In this document: positions 37,623 to 51,100 of the stretch, one piece after another | Position numbering within the stretch: the stretch's first letter is position 1 | Layout of the letters: each line of letters begins with the position of its first letter | Assembly: GCA_951804945.1 (NCBI GenBank) | Contig: OX638149.1 | Location: 87,110,001-87,174,000 of the forward strand | Length of the DNA stretch: 64,000 nucleotides | DNA from: Podarcis cretensis | Taxonomy: Eukaryota | Reading direction: 5' to 3' | Made by a program: the position numbers and the translations under genes | Notes under the pieces: generated by a model | Database searches by the model: none | What the model was told of the DNA's origin: nothing | What the model saw: only the letters and a program-made list of their open reading frames with translations

Positions 37623-40600
37623 TAATTACTAACTCTTCTAGAGTAGCTTGTTTACCAGGGTCAAAAACTACATGAGAAAATTATTTGCCTATAAAATCTC
37701 ACTAAGTTTGCCAAACTGAATTTTTTCCATGAGACGCTGTGGACTTGTAGTGCTTATTCCAAGGAATGCTACAACACACACATCACCCTGAAATAAGGGC
37801 ATTAAGTTATATCAAGCACCCTTCACCTGTAATAAAAAGACTTCCCCTTGAAATGATGGGATAACTGGCAATCGTAGACCTACTGGCAAGGACCGAAGGA
37901 CCTGCGGGCACATACATTCCTCCAAGCCCTCTAGCTATCCAGGCTAAAAGCTAAAAGGCAAGAAGAGGGTAGACAAGAAGGATTCCCCTCTCCTCTGTCC
38001 AGGCCTGGTTCATCTCTCTCCCTCGGCCGGCTGCCGGCCTGCTCCACGCACTTTTCTCAGCAAAGCGAGGCTGTAACTCACAGGGCTGACACCAACCTGT
38101 GAGTAACGAGCCGGGAGCCCGAGTCACGGGTGTGAGTTACGGCTGCTGCCTGCGTACAGGGGGACATCAATCGCGGGTGATGCACGGATAGAAATGTAAC
38201 CATAAACGCTGCAGGGAAGGAGCTGCAGGGCAGGAAATAAATCCTGGGCAGCCGGGAGAGGAGCGAGATGAGGAACTCCCTCCGCAACCTGCTCTTCTCC
38301 ACACCAGTGACCCAGCAACATCTTGGGGGCGAGGGAAGGGAGAGAGTGGTCCCTTCCAGGAAAATGCGCCACACGATGGCCACGTTGCTGCTGCGTCGGG
38401 ACTTTGCATGAAACCTTCCTGCTATCCAAGCAGCCAAAGTGCTGGCTTGCTTTTGATTAAGTTATTGCAGATGTGCCATCTGGCCTGACCCTTGTTTGGT
38501 TTCAGTTTAGCCCGAGAATGGGCTCCAGTTATGACTCCCATCAAGCTGTTTGGGCTTGGAAGTGGGAGGCCTGACTTGATCTCTGGGGAATGCAAGGGAT
38601 ATTTAAATTCTTACCTAGGTAGCTTGTCCCACTGCTTAATTAAATCTCTTTCAATCCCCTCTCCTCCACAACCTGGTTATCTTCCACAGGCAAGGAGTTT
38701 GGAGGAATGTTCGAACAGTCGATCCCAGGAGGATGCCACCACATCCCCCCACCCCACCCCCAAATTGGCTCCCAGGCCTCTTTTCTGAGGGAGATTTCTC
38801 ACAGGAAATCTGCTTAGTTTGAGCTCCCAGCTTCTGATTTCTGTTTTGAGTCCCCGCTACTTAATCAAAGCACCCACTGATGACTAACAGCACCCATTTA
38901 CACATTCAGCGGCATCAAGTGGCAAAGCTTTTCCTGGACCGTACCTCCCCATGTGTTTGGGTACCCTCCATTTTTATATATATATTCCCACTTTACTGTC
39001 AAATGATTCTATACAAGAGGCTTACAAGCAACAGGCTGTTATAATACACCCCCCTCAAAGCTCTCTCTCATACAGACACACCTTAATTCTCTAGTTGGTG
39101 AATGAAGATCAGGCTGCGTCTTCCCCTTCCTGCCACCATGTTTTTGGGTGGGTGGTGATTCAGCTTCCCAGTGGCCCTGGATCTCCTGGCCAGTGGCAGA
39201 CACTGGTGTGCTTTTCTTTAGCTCATTAGTCCCTAGGGGACATACAGAGCTGTTATGTCCAGGGACGCTTTCAGCATTCATTTTGAACTGTTTGCAGGGA
39301 AGTTAGACAACACTATTTAATGAGCATTCAACCTGATTTGTTTGTGAGGAGGTGAGATGACTGTCCAGCTTTTGTTCTTGGGGAGTCCCCATCAGTTGCT
39401 AAGCCCACTATGTCAAGCAGCTCTTTCCCACATGTAGGCAGATTCCCCCCAGCACGATGGCCGAATAGCTCGGCTGCCTGTCACACAGCCGTTGCACATG
39501 GTTGTTTGCGTTTCCTCTCCCAGCAGCAACTATGCACTGTCGCCTCATCTGCTCTGGCTGCTTGCTTGGCTTCAGGGGTTCTCTGAACAGAGAAAACTCA
39601 GATTTTACCCCTTGCTGCTTCTGAAGGGAGTGGAGTTAGGATAAGCACCCCCCACCCTCGGGCACAAGTGCCGCTGAATGTGCAAGGGTCATTAGACTGC
39701 AAGCGGGCAAGCTGGTGTAATCCATCCTCTAAATCCTGGAGCCACACATGGGACTTGTGCTGGGAGAGCAGGGGCACGGAAGCATTACAGCTTACTGACT
39801 TCATCACTCTTCAAAATTCCCCTTGCTCTTTCAGTTCCAAAATTTGCAGAGTAGAAGGCCTCTTCCTACTGAACCTTAGATTCTTCTCTTAGCTGCCATG
39901 ATTTTGAACTGCACTGGGATCTGAAAGGGGACAATGTGAGCAGGATACTGAGCATACCATCCCTGGGACAGTGCTGTGTGTATTTCCAAAGTAGGAGAGG
40001 GATGATGGGGTGAAACAGGTAGATGTAATAGGTGGTGGAACAGTACTATCAGGAAAACATCTGCTTGAGACAAGGGCTGGCATGTCCTCAGAGATGGGAG
40101 AAGAGTTCCGTATTTCCCACTTCATAAAGATGGCAGTTGTGTTTGCTGTGGTTGTACTGGTGCTTCGCTAGTATTATTTTTGCTGTGGTGAACATGTGGA
40201 TTGCAAATGGCTGGCATTTATTTTCAGAATTCACTGTTCATGTGTGTCAGGGAACTTCAGCCGATAAGGCAGTGGGCATCTTTTGAGAAAGTGCCAAGGG
40301 CCTCAGCCACAAAATGGCTGTTGTGGGGATGTGACCTAACAAAAATGACTGCTGCACCTGAAGAGCAGAAAAAAGACAGGCCCACAAAATAGGGTGAGCA
40401 CCTCCCCACAACCGTCATCCAGCCCTCCAGGGGCGGGGGGGGGGGAGGCATCTACATCAACCACTGCCAGACCCAGTGAGGAGTTCTTTGTACCTATGCT
40501 GTGTTCAGAATGGAAGGGAGAGTGGGGATCCAGTCCTGGCAACCAATTAAATGTAGGCTTGCTTTAAGTTGGAAAGGCTGAGTCAGTGCAGATAAAAACT

Positions 40601-43600
40601 GAGCAGGAACAGCAGACAGTCTCGGATGCAGAGTGGATTTTTAAGGGGACATTTACTGAGACCTTTCACAGGAGCCGTAAGAGGTACCAGTGACTTCAGT
40701 CTGTAGGTGCCATGCTGGCAAACTCTGCCTGGGTCACATGTCCCTGTTAATAATCTATATCAGGCCTTTACAGCAGCTTGCTAATATAACACCAAAATAT
40801 ATAAAAATTAGAAACGACCCAGGCATCAACATGCCCTTGCCATTTGTGCATTATGTGGATACCAGAAACTTGTGTCAGTCAGCAAATTTAAACCAATCAT
40901 AACGCCCCAGTCCCCTTATGAATCTGAACCCCATGTTAGGGATGGACATTGGTGGGTGTCACAAAACAGCAAAGCCCATCTCAGGCTATTTGCACCTATG
41001 ACTACCAAATAAATGCATCGGCACAGATTTAGTGGCTGAAACTGGTTAGGCACGTTTGCCCACCGCCTGTGAGCACCAGAGACGCAATGGGCTAGTAATT
41101 GCCTGCGTTCTCCCAATGAGGCGGTATCATTTTTATGTAAATATGACATTTTCCCTGATGCTCTTGAAATGTGCACAAAAAAAGAGGAACATTTAATCGA
41201 GTCACATCGCGCCTGCCGCGGGCCAGAGCTGTCCTCTCTCTGTCTTGGGTGCTGTGTTGTTTTAAGAGCTTGGCTAATGCGCACCACCAACCCCCATTAG
41301 CCAGCAAAGTGTCTTGCTGGCCTTGCTCAAGTGCCACCTACTCTATCCAGACCCCAGAGAGCCATAAGCACAAGGAACACAAGCCCTGCAGAAAGGTACT
41401 AAGACGGGAGGGTGACTCAAGCAAGCACCAACCACAAATAACACCCACCTCTGAATTCACAGGCTAGAAGCTCCCCCCCCCATTATCACCTATACCTCCC
41501 TATTTCTTATGATTTCTATCCTGAGACAACTACATAGACACCAAGCAGGTAAGTCATCCAGCCCTAGATTTGGGAGCATACACCTCCTCACTTGAACGTG
41601 ATGGGAGAGTTATATTCTGTGACAGAAGTGAGGTATTGAAGATGGTAAATGGGGTACAGAATTAAGCTTCCAAAGAATCTCTTCTTTAAAAAGTGTGTTA
41701 TAGTGCTCATGGGTGCAAAAATGTATGTTCAAACATACAGGCAAAGCCTGTAGAAATATCAGGAGCTAGACAAATGATGATTTAAGATTTCCAGTGGTTG
41801 GGAGCAGGGCTGTAGTATCTTGCATTACATAGCCCCCAAGGCCTTTTGGAAAAAAAATTATGCAGAACGAGTTTTAATTCGCCTAATTTATGCATGCTAC
41901 AGAATTCAGTTCTTCTGGGTGTAGAATTTTATTTTATTTTTAGTGCAGAAAAGAAACAGCCCTGCTTATATCCCCTTTGCTCTGCTTCCTAACTATGACC
42001 ATTACAGAGTTAGTACACCCTTTCTGGTGAGCAGGAAGAAAATTAGAAGAATGTGGATGCGACCTCAAAAACAGTCCCTCTTGCACAGCCTCCCAGAGCC
42101 TCAAAGCTGGGCCTCCGCCAGTTCTGCTGGATTCCACTTGGAAGGGCTTTACAAAACAGGCTTATTTCGCTCTACCCCCCTCCCCCACCCATGTCTAGCA
42201 TAAGCCTTCTATGTGCCCCAGCTGATAACAACTGACGCAGAAACCTTGGGGAGGCAAAAGATTAGAGTGACATCTATCACGATGATATTCCAGTTGCCAG
42301 GACAGCAAATCAAAGCTAGGAACAAACAAGACCAAATCTCTGCCCTGAAAATTATCTCAACACCATTTACATCTCACCAAGCACCAACTCAGAAATACAG
42401 ATGAGAGTACAAACCAGGAGACAACCTGAAGCAGATTTGGATCTTTCACACAGACACCTGAGAACAGCATTGGGTGACTACAAAAGCAAGTACCTTTCAT
42501 AAAAGCATGGGAGAAATTCTCTCCTGGTATCTTTTAGCATGGGAGCCCACTGACACAGAGATCCTGTTCCATTAACACCCTGGCACCACTCCTGCCCTCA
42601 CTGTTCCCCCACCCCTTGGCCAATTCCAAACCGGAGTGTCCTTCTGGAATTCCTGAATCCCCTTACAGCCAACAAAAAAAGAGGCTTCCTTATTGAGGAC
42701 ACACAATACCTGCCCTGACTCATCCTAGGAAGCACCATGGTTGTACCAGTTCAGAAAATGGGCAGCTTGTTTGTCTGGTATTTCTTGCACTGATTACAAT
42801 TCTTATTTTTTAATTCCCTGAAACTCCTCAAGAAGTCCTCTTGCTCCTGCCCCACACATTTCATTTCGTTTCGTTTTTCGACTAGCTTCCCTACTCACTT
42901 GCATCTCTGGTGGAAGGCAAGGATGAGCACTGTCTCCCCTCCCCTAATTTTAGGTGTGGCTGGCATGGTTTTATGCTTTCATTCATAATGAAAAGAAAAC
43001 AAACAAAATAAAGATTTGTTCTCTCAATCTCACATCCTTCCTTTCTGTCTCAAGTTACCAATTCTGAATGAGAGGGAAGTGAGGGCCTTGGATTCGTAAG
43101 GGTAAATTGAAGTAAAAAGGACAAGGAAGGACTAGGGGAAAGGGTGTGCCAGAGGGTGAATAGAAAGAGCCTATGTATGCACATGTGTGTGTGTATCACA
43201 CATGCTAAATATGAGAGTGAGCATGGCAAAGCGCTTTGTAATGCCAGCTGCAGGCTGGACTGAAGACCCAAGGACAGGCCTTGAAGCTGCTCTCTGTTCC
43301 TTCGCAAGGGCTCCCCACACCCTCCTGCTCTCGTCAGCAGTGAGCCTCTCTGTGCACCCTATGCACAAGCATTCAGCTGACATAGCCATTTCCCTATCCA
43401 ACTGCCTCGCTGCATTACCCACCCCGCAGGCGCCCGATGCTGAGCCGATGCAGCTTTCACGGGGCATGGAGCAGCTCGGTGCCAAGCTGCAGCCAACCCT
43501 CCAGGGGCTGCGGCAAAAGGGGCCTGCTTTAGCATGGGGAGGCACACAATGCCAAGTGTTTATGGGTATGTGTGTGGTGGTAGAAAGAATGCATAGGGAG

Positions 43601-43905
43601 TCATGTGGCATGGACCTGGAAAGAAAAAAATTCCACAGTGGTTTTTGCTCTGATGCTTCAGAGGGCAGAGCAGCAATTAATATCCGACTCTCAGAGGGCT
43701 CAAACCCACAAGCAGCTGTACCAAAACAGAGAGCTCACAGAGTTTGGTGTAAGGGTATCTGCCCCAGCAGGAAATGACAGGCTGCTCCCTCCTGTGATGG
43801 ACTGTGACCTTTAATATGCCCACCCCTGATGTAGGAGGAGGGGTGGGCCCAACACTGAGAGACATCCTTTCCATATAAGCAAAAGGAATGCAGATAAGAG
43901 TAATA

Positions 43906-44094
43906 CAGTCGTACCTCAGGTTAAGTACTGAATTCGTTCCGGAGGTCCATTCTTAACCTGAAACTGTTCTTAACCTGAAGCAGCACTTTAGCTAATGGGG
44001 CCTCCTGCTGCCACCACACCGCCGGAGCACGAGGTACTATTTCTGGGTTAGTGGAGTCTGTAACCTGAAGGGTATGTAACCCGAGGTACCACTG
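43906..44094. mobile_element. Tc1/mariner (Tigger-like) MITE with TA TSD
   Basis: TIR CAGTCGTACCTCAGGTTA / TAACCCGAGGTACCACTG, with TA at 43904-43905 and 44095-44096. Internal repeated TAACCTGAA motifs. Confidence 0.88.
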
Positions 44095-46659
44095 TACTTT
44101 CAAACACACACACACTCTTAACTGGGAGAGGTCTGGTCACACAATGGAGTGTGGACTGTGCAAGGCATTATTTGTAGCTCCAAATATGGATTACAGAAAA
44201 ACTGCGAGGACTGGATATAGCCTGAGGTGCCCCAACCCTCTTTTGTCTTTGCTTTTCCTCAGGCGGCAGCAACACACATGGATGCATCAAGTTACACAGG
44301 AAAAGCCCAAAGCGCTACTGGAGCATTTGTATCCCTCTTGAACACTTCGAGCCTCCAGCAATTTAAGGCTTAGGAAACAACCTGCCAGGAGGTAGCATTA
44401 TTCTGGCCACCTGAGCTCATAGTTGCCAGCATTCCCCTCCTTCATGAACTTGTCAAATCCTGTTTTGAACCTGGCTACAAAGTACAGCATTGGGCCATCT
44501 CTATGCCCTACATGACAGACCTTCATATGACAGGGAAGACAATGAAGGTCAGAAGGCCTGGATTCAAGAGATGGCGAGCAGCCTGGGCTTTAAATAGAAA
44601 GAGCTGCGAGGAGAGCTAGACTTGAAGGATGGTAAGGGGGTGGTGGGGGCGGTGCCTAGCAAGTGGGGAAAGGCAGCATTTGTTCAAGTAGATTTGTTAA
44701 AATTAGGATCTTTTTCTCTCCGGCTTCCCAAGAGGAACACAAAAGGGCAGGAGAAATTATGTAGCAGAACGGGCAATTTTAGCAAATTATTAGGAAAAAT
44801 TCTTGGTATGAACTACTGAGCAGAGGAGACCTCAGGGGAGGGGAGGGGAGGGGCAGTCAAAGATGTCTTCAATGAGTGGCTCAGGCTGAATTGAGGGATG
44901 CTTCCAGGACTTTGGGGCCAAAATCCAGGGTTTCACTAGCAGAATGTGCAGAAAGTCCCCCCAATGGCTAGCTTACCACATTTAAAGTGAGTGAAGGAAC
45001 ATGTATTATCTTCTAAAAAATATCCCCATCCCCAGCAGTACATTTAGTCCAGAGTCTGAAATTAATAAACTGCATCATCAAGGCTTCTCCACATTTAGAT
45101 GTTGGTGAACGCTGGAGTTTGACATGACAGAACACATAAACCACAGAGAGACTTGGGTCACTCAGCTCTCAGAAACCCACTCTTGGCTACTGGCTGTTGC
45201 TCCTCGGTGCATGCCCACTAAGTGGTTAGACAGGTGTGTTCCCCTACATACATGTGCAATACCAGGGGACCACAGCACCTGTTGAAGACCTCCCTTTTTC
45301 AACACACCTAAAAGGTGGAAATTTTTGTCCCCGGCTTGATCTGTATTGGATTTGAAATTGTTTTAATATGCTTTAGTTTCAGTATGTTTCATAGGAAGTG
45401 TTCATAAAAGAAATTAATTAATTGATCCATTGACTGATTGATTAAAACAGCTCTCAGGCTGTCCTAGTGCAAGGGTAGGTCTTATGAAGATTTATCATAC
45501 AGTGGATTTCACCCCACACCTAAAAAAACACTCAGGAAACCAGGGAAAGTAGAGAGTGTGTCATGAATCAGGCAGGAGGGAGTTTCAAAATCTGACTCTG
45601 CACTATAAATAATAGGAGAGACCTTCAGATGTCCTGAACAGCGATGGCTTAGCAATGGCACCACAGCCAGTGAGTCAAAAAAATAAGGCCACTGCCAATT
45701 TGGGGTCCCAGCTAGAGTGCAGACATCTCAAAGATTCCCACTTGATGGCACAGGGCATCAAGGTATGTTTCCTCTCCCACCCCCCAAGTCTCCTTCCCAT
45801 GAAACTGACTCAATGCAACACCAGAAATGTGAAGGAAGTAGGGGAGATGATGCCCCTGGAAGATGCAGCAAGGGAAAGAAAAACTTAACTGGTTCCATCT
45901 GCACAGAAGTCTTAAAAAGTTGCATGAGCCTGAAGCAGGTCAGCTAAGTGTGACAGAGGGGGCTGAAAGAGGATGTCTTGGTTTGGCTGGGCAGTGTGGA
46001 GCAAGCACTGCAAGTTCCTCAGGTCCACCACATGCCAAGAGGGGCCAGTTTTGCCAGAGAAAAGTGTGCTGAGCTTTTCTCCTCCCAGCCATCCTGGGGA
46101 GGAGAGCTGCTCTCTTCTGCTGCAATCCTTTGTGGACGCCCTCCCACTCCCACTTTCCTGCCCACCCTTTCCCTGCTGAGATTTCAAAGGGGACTCTGGG
46201 CTATTTCCAGCCGCTTTGTTAGCGCCTGTGACACCAGCAGCTGCAAGAGCGCATCCGGCCCAGTCCTCCCTAATGAAGAGAGAGCGCAAAGCTGCCGCCG
46301 CCTCTTTGTCCTAATCACAAAGCCATTTCCCAAACACCTTCTTTCCCCCACAAACCAGCGCAGCTATTTATAGCCCAAGTGCCTCTTGGCATGCTGGGAA
46401 CTCCCACCCCCCAACAGAACTGTTGCCTGCCCCAAGCCCCTTTAATATGGAAGGATGCAAGATAGTCCTCTGCAGGATTGTATGATCCAGAGGCAGCTTG
46501 TTAGCACCCTGGGGTTGGCAAGAACATCTCCAATAGGAAGCCAAGGCTGGGGGTGCTTAAGGAATCACTGGCCCCACCCTTGCCACATCCACAGCCTGAA
46601 AATGCTGCTCTGCACCCAAATCCTCTGTTGGGTCTCTGTTCCGTCTCTCTCTCGTTCCC

Positions 46660-46695
<36 letters not shown>

Positions 46696-46834
46696 CATGA
46701 ATCTAGCTGTGTTCCAATCCAGTTACCATGCCTGGAGGGTTGCACTTCAAAGTTAATCAGAATGGTCATTCTTAAAGGCCCTCTAAAATATGGGGAACAG
46801 ATGAAAAGCAGATGAAAGCTCTTGGTATACGCAA

Positions 46835-47215
46835 GAGCTGGTGTACCCTAGTTGTGAAGGGACTAAGCTATAAACCAGGGTGTTCCTTGTTCAAATATCG
46901 CCTTAGCTATGAACTTGGCTCTCCAGCTGTTTTGGGACTACAACTCCCATCATCCCTAGCTAACAGGACCAGTGGTCAGGGATGATGGGAATTGTAGTCC
47001 CAAAACAGCTGGAGGGCCAAGTTTGGCCATCATTGTCCTAGATAGTCTTAGCCAAGCCATCCTCTCTCAGGCTCATTCTACTGCCCTGGAAACAAGAGAG
47101 ATAATAATACTGCTGACCTACCTCAAAAGGTTGTTGTAAACTTACAACTAAACAAGGCACATGAAGAGCTTTGAACTCTTGAAAGTGCAATGCAACCATA
47201 TTATTATTTATTACT
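46835..47215 (+). mobile_element. Old CORE/MIR-like SINE interrupted by a hAT MITE
   Basis: Degenerate tRNA head (GTTCAAAT) before 46912. The CORE-like CCTACCTC...GGTTGTTGTAA segment and a (TAT)n tail resume after 47035. Confidence 0.55.
46912..47035. mobile_element. Palindromic hAT-type MITE, left end truncated
   Basis: Near-perfect inverted repeat AACTTGGC.CTCCAGCTGTTTTGGGACTACAACTCCCATCATCCCT / AGGGATGATGGGAATTGTAGTCCCAAAACAGCTGGAGGGCCAAGTT. Confidence 0.85.
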
Positions 47216-48011
47216 ATTACCTACAATAATCCACAGAATACTAGTTCCCAGAGATATTGGAGAAACAACAGGCACTGGTCTTCTTGCGCTCTTTCCAATA
47301 ATTTCTGGAGTACTGCTGGAGTAAAGAAAGCTTTATATCATCTCATTCCTCTTCACAAACATTCTAAGATTTAAGTCAAATATGTCCCCATTTTACAGAT
47401 GGCAAGCTGACTTGCACCATATGTACGCACATACACACAGCTTCGGGCAAATACCACACCTGCTTATTTTATGAACAACATGACTCATTAGACTCAAGCG
47501 AGAAGTGCATTAAATCCCTCCTCACTATGGGTGGAATGTGACATAGCACTAAACGGGATATACACACACAGAACAAGGTCCACTCATGCACTGGGACTTT
47601 CCCTCCTCTCCTCCTCCAGAGGAGATTTAGGGTTGAGCAAGCAGACCTCATTCCATGTATGCAACAACTTAGTCAAATCCTGCCCCATACAGTATCTCCT
47701 TCTGCAAGTGGTGCCTCAGTTGCCTTACAGTGGCAGTTCCATGTGGCCACCTCAATATTCTGGACATACCATGTGAATCAGTTTTAGTTTGTGGACCACC
47801 TTCATTCCAGACCCATCCTTTCCCTGCTGGATCAGAACTACGGAAACATTTCATGGGGTAGCATCCCATCCCATATGTTACAGCAACTGTTTGGAGCCTG
47901 CACAGCTGTATTCCCATAACTGGCTTCCTCCATATGTTGTTGGACCAGCTCCCATCATCCCTGACCATTGCCTATGCCTTTCTGAGAATGCTGGGAGTTG
48001 TAGTCATAGAG

Positions 48012-48147
48012 CAGGCATAGGCAAACTCGGCCCTCCAGATGTTTTGGGACTACAACTCCCATCATCCCTGACCACTGGTCCTGTTAGCTAGGGATGATGG
48101 GAGTTGTAGTCCCAAAATATCTGGTGGGCCAAGTTTGCCTATGCCTG
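48012..48147. mobile_element. Intact 136-bp palindromic hAT MITE with 8-bp TSD
   Basis: TIR CAGGCATAGGCAAAC / GTTTGCCTATGCCTG. TSD TCATAGAG at 48004-48011 and 48148-48155; an 8-bp TSD is typical of hAT elements. Confidence 0.93.
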
Positions 48148-51100
48148 TCATAGAGGATAAGACTATTGATGGCTACTAGTCATGGCAGCTGTGTAGATAT
48201 GCCTCTGAATACCAGTTTCTGGAGAGATTAAGTGGGAGTGTTTGTGTCCTGTTCATGGGCTTCCCAAAGGCATCTGGCTGGCCACTGTGGGAACAGGATG
48301 TTGGACTAGTGCAAAACATTTGGAGGGCACCAGATTGGGGAAGACTGTCCCATGTAGCAATAGATGGAAGTGGTTCTCCATGTATGTAATCATTGCCCAT
48401 AGGTTGAGATGTGCCCTTTCAACCAGGTTACATGCTTCTGCCACCCCTCTTCCTCCATAATCACACCACTTCTTGGTAAAACACCCTTTGTCTTCCCAGT
48501 TCTGGATAACCTGACCTATCTGGGGCACCATGTAGGAAGAACTGCAAGTGAAGGCTGTTGCATTGTGAGAGAAGGGAAGAAGAGCACCTGCCAAGCTGAG
48601 CCATGTGTTGGAAACTCCTTCCTTCTTACAAGGCCCAGAAGCATGCCTGGCTCTGGAGCAAACTCCCTCTCTTCCCTCTTGGCCCTTTCAAGCCTCAGCT
48701 CTGTGATCATCCCTTTGTCGCTAGCACAAACAAAGGGCCGCATGCGTGGCATGCCCAGTGCCAAGATCAATGCCAGGTCTCTGGCTGCTCCCGCCCAGCT
48801 CCAAGCACCAGAGGTGAGAGCTGGTATTTATAGCTGCTTTCAAAAAATGCCAGAAAAAAGGAGGGTGGAGGAAGGGAAGCAGAGCCACGGCCTGATTTCC
48901 GATCTGATTCCTGCCACTAAAGATAACAGCTGTGTGGAGACAATTAAAGGGAGAACTGGGACGTGTTGCGAATGGCAAAGAACTGCAAGGGGTGGCATAA
49001 GGGGAGGGGAGCAGAGCGGAAGAGGAAATGGGCAGAAATTTAAGGAAGGAGACCCTTGGAAGCAGAGGACAGTGGTTGGGCCACCCTCGCACAGGTTGAG
49101 TAGTCGGTGGCATCCTCTGAGTTAAGAAGATCTGAAGGTGGTACAAGGTAGAGGCCTCCTCAACCATGATTCACACTTCTTTCTCCCCACTGTTCTCTAC
49201 TTTCAAACAGGCTTTACAGGCCTCTGAAAACCCCAAAAACACTGTTTACCAGAGATTACAGAACATAAAACATAGGAGGTGGCATCTGTATCATACCAAG
49301 TTCATCAATCCAAAACCAAGAAGAACTCTAGCCAGGGAAGTGGCCTTCCCAGTTTTGTTACTAAAATCAGTATTACAGCAAATGCAACCTCTGTTCTAAG
49401 ACCAGACACCCAGGGATGGACGACCAGATGTTGTTGGATTACCACTCCCATCACGCCTCACAACTGGCCATACTCTTTTAAGGCCTCCAAGGACAAAGAT
49501 CCCACAACTCTCTAGAGGTAACTTGTTTCCCTGCTATTGAACATTGTTCTTAAAATGCTGGGCACTTGTTTTCCAATGCTGAACATAAATCTGCCACCCT
49601 TTAATTTTAAATCCATTTCTTCTTGTCTTATCTTTAGTGGGCCTGGTGAACAACTGTCTGCCCTCTGTTAAATGACCTATTAATGACAGGACAATATGCA
49701 AAAGATGCATGTTACGGAGAAGTCTTCTAGCAGAAATGCAATGTCTGCATTTAACTCAAAAGCCCACATATTGTTATATTCAGACCCTTCTGCATTCAGC
49801 CACTTTGAAGATGACATCTCTCATTCTGAATTGTATCTTTACATCATTACCCACCTAATCGTTTATTTATTAGTATTATTATCACTCTCTAAAATAAAAA
49901 AAACACAGAAATTACTATTTATACCAAACACTTTAGGATGCAAACTAGGAAGGCATGGCTGCATGCTAAAGATAAAATTCCAGTTCAAAGTTTTTTTTTT
50001 TAAATAGTAACTAAGTTGGGAAACAGGACCATGCAGTAGAATGAAGGAGACTTTGGCTGTCTGATATGAACGGCTGCTAGTGCTGGGTGACAGGCCAGGA
50101 TGCAATCACTCTTGAGATCAAGTAGGCCAGTCATAGCTCCAGGGCTCCAAACCATATTCCTGTGCAGTATCAAACAGGAGCATTCAAGTTTCCTTACATC
50201 AACGACAAAAGGAACAATGAAATCCAGATGTGCTTGTTTTAACTATTACAGTATAACTATTCACAATGTTTGTTATCTGAAATGTACCAATACAACACTC
50301 CAAACTTGCATTTTAAAACATTTGATCAAGACTTGAGTTTTTAAACACTCCTCATTCCCTAAGCCTCCTTTTCGGACTTCAGGTCCCTCGCTAGCCCCAG
50401 GATACCCAACGTCCATAAGGCACAGCTAACTGAATTAAGACATGAATAAGGAAAGAGAGATGAAAAAGATTATTTGAGCTGGAGTGCTGCCAACCTGGCG
50501 ACCATGAAGCAAGGCATGAAAGGCTGGGCTAAAGCTATGCTTAGCATAACAGTCACTCCTAGGAGAGCAGCTCTTGGAGATCTGCCAGCCTAACTTTGGA
50601 TTTCCCATGATGCTTTGCCAAATGTTATAAGCCCAACTGGATGAGATGGGGTGGGCAGGTGTCAATATGGGAGAACAATATGTTCCAATAATTGGAATCA
50701 GGCCCACACCATCCCTAAGAAAGACACTCAAGTGCAGGAGAATGGTATCATCCCAGAATGCCCCACTGCAACCAGATCCCAGCCCTCCTGCAAGAACCAT
50801 TTCACAGCTGCCCCTCAATTCTGACCCCAGCCCTGTACATTGGGTTTAGGAGTATAAGACTTGAGGCATGTTGCTCCTCACCACAGACGTGGGAGAGACA
50901 TGATCCTAGCAGGAGACATCATTGAGTCCATCCACTACCCCTGTAATCGCAGCTGGCATCAGCTGCACCTCAGTGCCATCGCCACTCTTCGCCATCTAAT
51001 AGCAGCCAGAGATATTGACAGGAAATGAAAGATTCATGCTTCCAACAACACCTACAAGCAGTGACCTCACCTGCTGCCTCCCTCTACCTCGCTCATTGGT

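Noticed and set aside
43187-43777. 196-aa plus-strand ORF
   Set aside because: No homology recognised and no supporting splice structure.
46912-48147. Recurring palindromes resembling CRISPR repeats or pre-miRNAs
   Set aside because: Eukaryotic DNA, dispersed copies, TIRs and an 8-bp TSD identify them as hAT MITEs. There is no repeat-spacer array.
48409-49125. 238-aa plus-strand ORF
   Set aside because: No recognisable family. It overlaps an enhancer-like block and is probably a chance ORF.
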